From Coniocarpon cinnabarinum (lineage: Eukaryota): a stretch of 64,000 nucleotides of DNA. Positions 52,788-64,000 of this stretch are shown here, piece by piece. Position 1 is the stretch's first letter. Each line of letters opens with the position of its first letter. The DNA lies in contig JAVECO010000001.1 in NCBI GenBank assembly GCA_051942205.1, positions 124,001 through 188,000 on the forward strand, read 5' to 3'. Position numbers and translations under genes: made by a program. Under the pieces are notes generated by a model. That model did no database searches, was not told the origin of the DNA, and worked only from the letters and a program-made list of their open reading frames with translations.

Positions 52788-53713
52788 TGTGGGATGATGT
52801 ATCAGTGTTGCCAGGAGCGAGAGTCAGACGGACGAGTTGCGAACGAGCGCACATGAGCGCCGAAGCAGCTGGCCATGAAGCCCGCTGAGCGGGTGTAGGA
52901 GGGAGCTGGAGGTGGTCGAGATGGGACGAAGCCAGGCTGGGGGGAGGATTTAGCGTCGAGCAGCAGCATAGCGGCCAGACTGGCAACTATTTTGGCTTTT
53001 GGGGTCTCCCGGGGGGCTCCAGGGGCTCGCGGGGGCGCTGACTCGCGGGCCAAAGGCGTCATTGGGGCGGCGCAGACCCCCCGCTGCCCCGATTGTGTGC
53101 TGACCCTGGCGCCGACTACATAATCCATAGATGCACGCCTCTGCAGCTGCACAGAGACGTCTACAGATGTGCTTCGTATGTCGCCTTTGCCTGTCTGCCT
53201 CGCCGCGCATGCAATCATAGAGCGACAATGGCGCACGCACTGGTGGGGCCACTGGCTCACTGGGCCGGCGCCCTCGGTGGGTTTGTCGATCAGCGCCTCT
53301 TCAGCCTCGCGCGACGCCAGACGCTCCACCACTCCAATCCTCTCCACGACATGCGCTCTATCAGTCTCTGTGCCTCTTGCGAGCCCCACTTCCTGCACGC
53401 TTCTCTCGCTGCACAATCTGCCTTGTTCAGTCCATGTAACATTGTGGCGCTGGGCTTCGCATGACGTGAACAACCTCCGCCGCTGCTCCGACAAGGTGCA
53501 GATAACCGGGCCAGATTAGCAAGCGAAAGGAAGATGCATGTCGTCCTGACGCAATGAGGCAGCTCGCCAACGCCTTGTCATTGCTCATGCTAGGTTGTGT
53601 CTTGATCGTCTAGCACCCTCCCGCGCGCCCGGCTACTACTTGACCCTCGCCCCCGCGCTCAGGGAACAGGCATCCTCTTGCTACAGATTGGTTGGGGTGT
53701 GCTCAAGGCCAGA

Positions 53714-54831
53714 ATGAAGTACGACAGCACGCTCGTCAGTTTGACGCGCTTCAGGTACGTGCACACGCCCTGGCTGAATGCCTAGCGTGAGACCCATGCA
53801 AGGAACCACACGTGCCAATCAAACTCAATCTTCAGCACGCCCGACCCTTTCATCGTCTCTGCCGACGGCATCTTCTACTTGACTTACACTTGCGGTAATC
53901 GCATCGATATCTTGGCGTCGACCAGTCTGCTCGGCTTTCGTGACGCCAAGCCTGTCACCGTCTATTGGCCAGAGAGAGGCACTCACCACTCAAGTGGTCT
54001 TTGGGCGCCCGAGCTTCATGCACTTGACGGGAGATGGTATATCTATTATGCCGCTGAACATCCTCATGAGGGAAATCGGTCACACCGGATGTATGTTCTG
54101 AAAGGTCCTGAGGCGACGCATGATCCTCTTGTCGGACCATGGGAATTTATTGGTGGAATCCATGGACTTCCAGAGGAGCAGTGGGCGATCGATGGGACAG
54201 TCTTTGAGCTCAAGGGCCATCGTTATTTTTGTTACTCAGGATGGTCAGTCTCGATTCGCCGATATTCGTGTGGCGTCGTGAGAATCAAACCGCTGACCAT
54301 CGATGCTCCAGGCCGCGTGGTGAGGTTGAAAGCGACCTCAACCAGGAGCTTTTCCTGGTCCGGCTTGACAAGCCAACTGAGGCAACAGGGCAGCCTCTTC
54401 AGATATCTGCCCCAACAGAACCATGGGAGCAAACGCAGGACGGCAATGGCACCCACGGCATCAATGAGGGTCCTCAATATTTGGAGGCGCCGAGCGGGAC
54501 CTGGTGTGGTATCGTCTACTCCTGCGCGGGGTCCTGGACTTGTCAATATAAAATGGCTGTCCTACATTTCCAGGGTGGAGACCCCATGAACCCTCGCTCA
54601 TGGAGGAAGGACACCACGCCTCTGCTGCAGTCTCCAGGCGAAGGTAGAGGGCCCTTTGGTCCGGGTCACGGCAACTTCGTGACCATTAATCAAGAGGTAT
54701 GCGGCGTCTTCCATGCAACTGACCGCCCATCAGACGGGTGGGAGAATAGGCGAGCGCGGTGTCAACGGGTCGTTTTCCCTTCTACACACGGTCCACATAT
54801 GGGTGGGTTAGTGGGCCAGGAAACATCGTGA
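53714..54831 (+). CDS. GH43 glycoside hydrolase (alpha-L-arabinofuranosidase type), no signal peptide (2 introns; 3' end uncertain)
   Basis: PDPFI, LWAPELH, WYIYYAA, HRMYVL, WAIDGTVF, INEGPQ, GPGHG. Confidence 0.92.
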
Positions 54832-55195
54832 CACAGGTGACTTGTTTCATTAGTATTTAGGAAGGTGTCAGACCGCGCTCAGCATTGGAAGCCAACCAAG
54901 CAAAATAAATCGATCTCCAGAGATGTCCATTACCATTTTGAGCAATATTGTATCCCCTTAAATGAATAAGATGAGGTATGTACTGATGCTGCACAAACAT
55001 CCGCCTTAAACATGCAGTAGTATCGGATCGGACCAAGAGCACAACACCGTACGATGCCTGTCGAAATCTAACAGGAGTCGACGGTGAGAATGCACAAGGA
55101 TAAAGTACTCACACGAGTGACTATGTCCGGCGCTCGGGGCATTCAGTTGTAGGATAGCCATTTACAGACACCGCTCGCAGCCCATTTTCTTGATC

Positions 55196-55752
55196 ATGTC
55201 CTTCTTTGAGAAAGTCATTGCTGGGATATTCCTTTTCATGGTATTTGTCATCCATGTCTGGTACGTGCATCGCTGGAAGAAAAGGAGACTCCGTCCACTC
55301 AATGACAGCTTTGGCATGCACTGTCGTGGGGACCACGCACAGATGACAGCCGACCAAGCGCGACTCATTCTCCGCGACTTGGCAGAGCTTGAGTTTCCCA
55401 GTATCCTTGGTCGCCCCTTTTCCTTTGCTCTTTTCAATATATATGTGATCCCCTCCATTTCGTCTCTTTGGTTGAAGTACGCGAACTAAGCTCGTGCTCG
55501 TACGTTCAAGCAATGCGAGCAATGCGGTCGGGACCAAGAGCATGGTACACTTGGGCTACGGGCGGCTATTTACCTCGCAGCGACGGTGGTCAATTCAGTT
55601 CTGAAGCATACCTGATTGCAGGCCTAAGGCCACGATCTACCATTCGACAAGGCGGAGAGGCAATGCAAAAGACGAAGCATCAACAGAAGGAATCTGATTT
55701 GGCACAAGCCCTGCATTTTGCTGTCAGCAACCAAAGATCGTCCAAGAGCTAA
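55196..55752 (+). pseudogene. Internally deleted remnant of an mpaB'/DUF2236-type ER-bound oxygenase
   Basis: N-terminal MTADQARLILRDLAELEFP...FALFNIYVIPSISSL and C-terminal GPRAWYTWATGGYLP...SEAYLI segments lie adjacent in different frames; central domain absent. Confidence 0.65.
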
Positions 55753-56163
55753 GTAATGTAAAAGCAAAGTCATCATAAAAGAGCACAAAGCATGAAAAGA
55801 TTGTGGATTGAATCAAATGGAGAAATGCCTATACAAGCTACATGCACAAATGCTGAGAGCATCCATCGGATTTTCATTTACACACCTCGACACTGTCGGC
55901 CGAAGACCAAGACTACTAGCTCATTTCATCACCGAATTTTCATTATCCCGCAAGGGTTCAGTAGGAGAGCACTTGCTGCATATTAATTCAGCAATCTTTG
56001 AGTCACAGAGGGCTTTCGCCGTTATGCTCATAGCTTTGTAACCTGAATTGTTCTTATCGCATAGGCCCGTCGCCTGGACAGAGATCCGACAACGACTTTT
56101 ATCCCTGATGCTTGAATAGATTGTTATTATATATGACATAAGATAAGATACGTCAAGCGTCAC

Positions 56164-56312
56164 GGTGGGATGGCCGAGTTGGTTATGGCGCCAGGTTAAG
56201 GTCACCTTAGCATCGTCTCCTGGTTCCGCAAGGAGCGTGGGTTCGAATCCCACTCCCAGTTAGTATAATCCAAGGTACTCTAGAAGTACCAGTAGCTAAC
56301 TGTATTCAGTCA
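56164..56312 (+). tRNA. tRNA-Leu(AAG) with canonical intron 56202-56217 and a second, spliceosomal-type intron 56259-56309
   Basis: A box TGGCCGAGTTGG; anticodon stem CCAGG/CCTGG with AAG at 56198-56200; variable arm TTCC-GCAA-GGAG; T arm GTGGG-TTCGAAT-CCCAC; acceptor GGTGGGA pairs with TCCCA|TC plus A73 after removing 56259-56309. Confidence 0.9.
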
Positions 56313-56345
56313 CTTCCTTGCCGGCGCTGCACACAGCGTCGCGAC

Positions 56346-56398
56346 TTTTCTTTTGTGTTGTTGACATGTGGTGAGGTCTCGGGCAGGATCTGCTTTTT
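56346..56398 (+). terminator. Candidate RNA polymerase III terminator T-runs
   Basis: TTTTCTTTT 56346-56354 and TTTTT 56394-56398 are the first T4+ runs after the tRNA start. Confidence 0.5.
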
Positions 56399-56576
56399 GG
56401 CAGTCTTTTGCTGCTATCCCATCTAAATTGCAGCCTCTGAGCAATCTACGTCTGATCAAGCACCGTCATGCCTTGATAAAATGCCTTTTGCAAGTGTTAA
56501 AACTAAATCAGGACACGTGATTTTGCTTTCCTGGGGCAGGGTATTATGACATATCGATCTGTCATCATTCACCTGA

Positions 56577-58022
<1,446 letters not shown>

Positions 58023-58529
58023 GAAAAAGCATAGGAAAGGGAACGCGTCATGACCCTTCGGTAACGCGTCAATTTCAACGTCAAACCAGCATGCGTCCAC
58101 GCGCGCATCCGCCTACTGCCGTTCACGCCACGTCATGAGCTTCGACAAGGGTCTTTAAAAGATTCTCAGAGCTTTGCCGAAAGCGTCGACTTGCTGCAGG
58201 GGCCTTTGCGGCCGAGGTGACGTTGTGCCTGGATGGCATACGTTAAAGCACACCTATGCAGCATTTAGCCGTGGAAGATCGACAACTGCTCGAGGGCTGG
58301 CCTACTCGCGGTCCGGAGCGATGGTGCGTCCGCGAGCTCGTGGCGAACGGCCTGTAGTCGTGACCGAAGTGGGGTTCGCGTGAAGCTTCCCCAGACAATG
58401 GGCAGGCGATGATCGACACTCCAATGCCTATATAGACATCACATGGCCAGAGCAACGTCTGATAAATTCCACCTTCATCTTCAACGCATGCTCTTATCTT
58501 GATTTCACGGTCAACACACGTCGTAGACA

Positions 58530-60173
58530 ATGTACACACATCAGGAAGCTCTCAGGTATGCTGATCAATTCAACACACTGTAACAAGTGATTGAGTCCCT
58601 CCAGCGCCCTACCTAAGTTCCCAATCGGCCTCAAAGAAGCGCCCATCTCTCGCATTTCACTCGGCAAGCTGCTAGCCAAAGATGAATCCGAGTCTGCCCG
58701 GCTCTTCTCGTCATGTCAGACTTACGGCTTCTTCTACATGGACTTGACGGACTGCTCCGAAGGCAAAGAGCTCCTCAAACAAAGTGACCAGATCCGCGAG
58801 CTTGCCAAAGCTGCCTTTCACTTGCCTTGGGAGGACAAGGATGCTGTTTCTCAGGCGAAGACGGGCAATTTATTCGGATTCAAGGCGGCTGGCATGGTCG
58901 CATCTACGGATCAACACAAGAGAAAAGACAAGGGAGAAATGTGGAACATGAGCAAGAACGACATGTTACGTGACAAGCCCAAAGTTGCTTATGTGAGTGT
59001 CTGAATTCTACTGCGTCTTGTTCTCAAATCCCAGCATACGACTGCTGTTCGCGGATTATTGCAACAACTTCGAGCAACTGCAAGTCGTTTCTCCTGCAGA
59101 ACATATGAATTCTTGTTGTGATTCCGGATATCTTGCCGCCTTCTGGAAAAGCTGTCACTGCGGCAATCGCTTTCAGAAGGCCTTTGGTTGTATTCGAAAG
59201 CGAAGCTTGAAGCTAATTAATACTGCACACAGCCGCAAGCAATCATGAACGAGAAAGCTCTGCTGAAGTCGTTCACCGAGAATGCGCATTCTGTTGGCAT
59301 GAATGTCATGGAGCTTCTGGCAGGTCATTTGGGCATACCGCCGGGTGAGCTTAGTAGACGACATGTAAGTCTTTATGGTGACATGATGTGATATTTTTAT
59401 TAAAGAGTCTGTCTAGCGCATTGAAGCAGAGTCCGGCGATCATACAAGGCTGACCTGGGGTAAGTGCGGCCCTCTTCCATGTCTTGCGAGACATTAGACG
59501 GATAATGAGGAGCTGGATCGCATCAAGATTCCGGCACATACACGTCGCAGATGACTTGCTGATGCCTCTAGCTGCAGGCCCTGGCTCTGACGGACCTCCA
59601 CCGAAGACTGAAGCCGAGACACCCATCACAACGTACGCGCACACTGATTTTGGCTCTGTGACTCTTCTCTTCAACTGGCTGGGAGGCCTCCAAGTGGAAA
59701 ACAGACATACTGGCGAATGGGAATGGGTGCGCCCGCTCGAGGGACATGCCATATACAACATGGGCGACGCCATGGTTGAATTCTCAGGCGGAGGCGTGGC
59801 TAGTGGCAAGCATCGCGTGTTGGCCGCGCCCGGCGAACAAGCAGTAAGTGAAGTGCCGATCGCTTGCAAATTTGTGGTATGATGAGATTCCCTTGCTTAC
59901 ACGTTTCACAGGCCTTGGAACGATATAGCGTAAGTGTATATGATACTGAAAAATCGCTGGCCACCATGCTTGCCGCCAAGATTTACTTACAAAAAGTCAC
60001 AGATCGTCTACTTTGTCCGTCCTGAAGACGACGTGGTGCTTGAGGACCTGACTCCGGGAGGCAAGTCGAAGGAGCCGGAACGACCCCGATACAAGGCTAG
60101 GGAATGGATCACCATGAAGGCTCGAGGTTTGGGCGCTAGCTTCTCTGAAGAGGGCGCCAGCAAAGCCAGCTAG
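58530..60173 (+). CDS. 2-oxoglutarate/Fe(II) dioxygenase, isopenicillin N synthase-like (multi-exon)
   Basis: CQTYGFFYMDL, AHTDFGSVTLLFNWLGGLQV, NMGDAM, SGKHRV, RYS/IVYFVRPED. Confidence 0.9.
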
Positions 60174-60862
60174 AATGGTCGATCACTGGTCGTGACGCGT
60201 GGTTGCTACGAAATCATGGAATGGACGTATGTTTACATTCCAGCAACGTGTACTTGTCCCCACACCCTGTTACCTTTTCTCTCTTATCCTCGAAGCTTTC
60301 CACCATCAGTCTCTTATCACCGTCGTCGCCATTGCGGCTCTTGCCTGGGTCAAATTTACTAGCTTTCCTTGAGCTACTTCCAAACTGCCGCTAAGGCTCG
60401 TTCTTTTCATATGCGCAGCCCAGAATTGTTAACACCTACCTGCAACGATAACTCGCCAAAATGCCTAGCTGTCATCATTCATTTTGCTCTTGGGCCCTCT
60501 TCTTGAATTAGCAACGGTTTACCGTTTCGCTCATTACCGCGAAGCGGCTGCCACAACGCTTTTGCGCGTTGATGGTAGGCAGGATGCTGCTCATAGGTCC
60601 ATATCCAAAGCCTCTCGTTTGGATGACCGAAATTCATGCTGACAAAATTGGCAGATATTTTCCTTTACGAAACTTATCCTTTACGTACTAATGCTATATA
60701 CCATCAGGAATCTCATGCTGTGATCAATGCTTGCCACTTGAACTTGCTTGCTCATGCTGTGAACCAATGATGTCTTTGAAGCTGCTTGTGCTCTTCGTCT
60801 TTTTACTGTTGGAAAAACAAAAGCAGACCAAGCATGACCGCTTTTGCTAACAAACCTTCCAG

Positions 60863-62050
60863 AACTGTCCAAGTCCGTACACGACTGCGACGATAGTCAA
60901 CAACACCAATCCCACCTCCTACGACAATCCCCAAGTCGTTTGCGAACCCGGTGGCAACTTCTACACCTACTACGGATGTTGGTATGAGCCCACTAACCAG
61001 GGCTATATCGTCGCAAACCCGCCGTTCCAGGCCAACCTTGGCCACATGACGCGTGAACGGTGCGGCAACTACTGCTGGAGCTCGAAGAACTACTACTTCG
61101 CCGTTAGTGCGCTCAGCTGTTACTGTGGTGACTTCATCAACAGCACAGTCACCCAGGTCAGCGAGACCTACTGTAGCACTAAGTGCAATGGCGCGTCCAA
61201 CGAGTACTGTGGTGGCAATGGCACAAACACGCTCTACTACTTCGACGTGTACTACGCCAGTCCACTGCCATCCAGCTCCAGCTCCAGCTTCAGCTCGTCG
61301 TCGACCGCGGCTCCGACATCATCGTCCTCGTCGAGCGCCCTCATCAGCTCGTCGTCCTCGTCGTTGAGCTCGTCGCTAAGCAGTTCGTCGTCGTCTAGCT
61401 CCTCGAGCTCCTCATCGAGCTCGTCCAGCAGCGCGGCGCCCTCTTCCTCCAGCTCTGCGACGGCCACGACTAGCTCCGCTTCGTCCTCGATAGCGAGGCA
61501 AGACCCTCCAACGGTCACAGCCTCCAATGGGAACGTGTACATCTACCAAGGCTGCTGGTCCGACAACAGCGCCAGCGGCCACGCTTTGGCGGCATTCTAT
61601 CAGCCCGCCGCCGGCACGTGCACCAATCCAGTGTGTGAGAATTGGTGCGCCTCGAACGGGTACTACTACTGTGCGACTGAGTACGGTAACACCTGCTTCG
61701 GCGGCAACACGCTGCAATACAACTCCCAGGCGTATAACAACTCGGGCTACAATAACATCTCCTGCACAGGTGACAACACCCAAACCTGTGGTGGGAATGG
61801 TTACATGGATTTGTATCAGCTGAACGCGCCGTTGCCCTCTAGCACGTCGTCGTCCTCCAGCGTGGCCCCGAGTTCCTCTTCGTCGTCCTCCAGCGCGGCT
61901 CCGTCGTCATCCTCGTCGGCTTCTTCCAGCGCGGCTCCGACTTCCTCCTCGTCGGCGGCCGCAACCTCTGCATCAGCGAGTTCGAGCACGGGCTACCCCG
62001 GTACAAGGAGTACCGTGAACCCGTCGAACTCGCTGACCAGTGCAGCGTCG
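60863..62050 (+). CDS. Exon of a cell-surface protein with two WSC domains and Ser-rich linkers; 5' exons unresolved
   Basis: YYGCWYE...MTRERCGNYC...CYCG...CGG and YQGCWSD...CENWC...TEYGNTCFGG...CGG; acceptor GCTAAC...CCAG at 60862, donor GTACGT at 62051. Confidence 0.85.
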
Positions 62051-63382
62051 GTACGTACTTTCTTTTCCTTGTTTTGTCTCTTGCTGTGATCTCGCCAAAT
62101 GGCTCTGGGGTCCCCGAGCTCGGCTCGTGCGCAAGCCACGCTTCAAAGACATCATCGTGTAGGCTGTGACATGCGTGTCATCAAGGTAGGTCTCGTCGTG
62201 AACTCGTCTCCCCGTCTGGATTGGATGGAACATGACACTCTCAGTTTATCACACGGCCTGTTCGCTGGCTGTTCTGGTGGAAAGTCGACACGTGCTGGGA
62301 CATGGAATTACGCGTACGTATGAACTCCTGGCTGCTTTTTGGATCTTGGTACCCACCTTTGGATGATCTGGTCACCTGGAAAGCAGCGACACTCGAGACA
62401 CGCCCTCTAAGATTTCTGGAGCAACGATTCTGAGCGATGCGGTTCTCTTGTACTGCCGGAGTCAGTTGACACTCAACCCAATGTCCCTGGCCGCTTAATC
62501 GTCAGCCATCTCGACATGTGGCCATTGTTCTGCAGCATACAGCGTCTAACACAATCGGCTCGACATCTCCTGGGACTCACAAATGGCTCATCTGCGCTCA
62601 ATGTAGGACTCGCTGCAGACTTTCCGCCATCGTCTCCGCTCTAGAATTCTTGATCGTCGCGCCATTAGAGATGTCCATATAAACTGTCATTATCTGGTCT
62701 CCTGGTCATGTCTGAAGCAGGCGAGTGTCTCACCCTTTGTTGAGAGAGTATCAATACATTATGACTATATGAAGCCACAGGTACATGCCTCTGACGAGCC
62801 GATCACGAAAAATGACAGCTGCGTCAGAGCGATACTGAACTCATTTATCAGCCTCGCACTAAGCCAACGAAGTTGACACGACCAATTGAAGCCATTGAGC
62901 CGATATGATCATGCGGGACACTCAAAACGCCGACCTTCGCCTGGTGCGCACAATAGGAATCCCTTTCTCATTGTCGAACGCTCATTATCTGTTGTAAACT
63001 GGCGCTCATCAACGCAAAGCTACCGACTTGTCGGTTGGATTCAGCACTTGTACTATTGGATTATTTGCATTTGTCACTATACTGGACAGAACATCGCACC
63101 ATCCTGTTGATCTTGAACATATCAGAATCCTATACCATACAGCCGAAACGAAATCTGTGAAGCATTGTTAGCATTCATATCTGATGGACACGAAATACGC
63201 AAATTCATATTCTGGAGATATGCATACTGGACACTGAGTTTGAAATTCCCCTTTGCTCCTCCCCTCCCCTCTACCTTACACACTCCCTACCCTATCTCAT
63301 TTTCCACCTACCCTCACATCACCATACGAGATCATCCCACACATCCATGTTATTAATGATTGACTGACTTATCTTCCAATAG

Positions 63383-64000
63383 AATTCCGACACCGTCTCC
63401 AATCCTAGATCGTCCTCCGGTAGAGCTAGCTTGACGGCGAGTGCTCCAACAAATTCAAATTCTGGCTCTTTGACTTCTGGTTCTGCTTCAGGATCTTCAC
63501 CGGGTACTGCGCCATCAGCTTCCGGGACTTCTGGAACACCTCCCACGTCCAGTGCCGCATCAACAGGTTCCGATACTACTTCGCAGTCTTCAGGATCTTC
63601 ATCAACTCTCGTACCTTCAGCGTCTGCGTCTACCGGAACCGGTTTCACGTCCACGGGTGCGTCCGCGAGTTCCAACACTGGACCAGGTTCTTCTTCAGGA
63701 ATTTCACCGAGCACTGGGTCTTTGACTTTTGCCTCAACCGGAACTGGATCTGCGTCCAGTGATGCGTCTACAGGTACAAACACTGGATCCCAGACTTCAG
63801 GATCAGGTACTTCTTCTGGATCCTCTACAAACACTGGACCTTCGACTTCCGCGTCTTCTGGAAGTAGTCTGACGTCTGGTAGCGTATCAACGAGTTCAAG
63901 TACTGGATCGCAAGCTGCGGGATCAGGCGCTTCTAGCGGGTCTTCGTCAAGCACTGGACCGCCGACTTCCTCGAACACTGGACCGCAAGTTTCAGGATCA
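63383..64000 (+). CDS. Ser/Thr/Gly-rich mucin-like exon open to the window end, probably continuing the WSC gene
   Basis: CTGAC...AATAG acceptor, then stop-free NSDTVSNPRSSSG...SGSSPGT...NTGP... with imperfect internal repeats. Confidence 0.7.

Noticed and set aside
52802..53494. 230-aa minus-strand ORF
   Set aside because: No recognisable motif; GC-rich divergent promoter where chance ORFs are expected.
56164..56261. Reading the tRNA as an ordinary gene ending at 56261, or as a decayed pseudogene
   Set aside because: That leaves a G:G mismatch and U73 while all other arms are intact; the spliced reading repairs both exactly.
63319..63978. 219-aa acidic ORF on the minus strand
   Set aside because: Antisense shadow of the plus-strand Ser/Thr/Gly exon, which has a proper splice acceptor.

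Overview
Gene-dense eukaryotic DNA from a filamentous ascomycete (short GT-AG introns with CTRAC branch points, RIP-type mutation; Dothideomycete-like by inference). Recognisable housekeeping genes: VPS33, HTS1, RRN3, COQ6, CKS1, USB1, PAL1, ERO1, an OSM1-type fumarate reductase with a cytochrome b5 domain, a Dpy-30/SDC1 protein, MDM38, ADK2, MPH1, an Mlh2-like MutL and DUS2. Accessory islands hold an O-methyltransferase, a STAND-N-terminal-domain gene, nested MITEs, a SesB-like hydrolase-ankyrin gene, a GH43, an mpaB-like remnant, a 2OG oxygenase and a WSC mucin-like gene. The top finding is a tRNA-Leu(AAG) gene at 56164-56312. Besides its normal anticodon-loop intron, it has a 51-nt spliceosomal-type intron (GTTAGT...GCTAAC...CAG) in the 3' acceptor strand, and only removing it restores the acceptor stem and the A73 discriminator. 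Also notable: a (VEQQ)n coiled-coil gene apparently destroyed by RIP centred on its own 12-bp repeat, and a RIP-mutated long-TIR element inserted inside a 101-bp hairpin MITE. All calls are from reading the sequence; no database searches were run.
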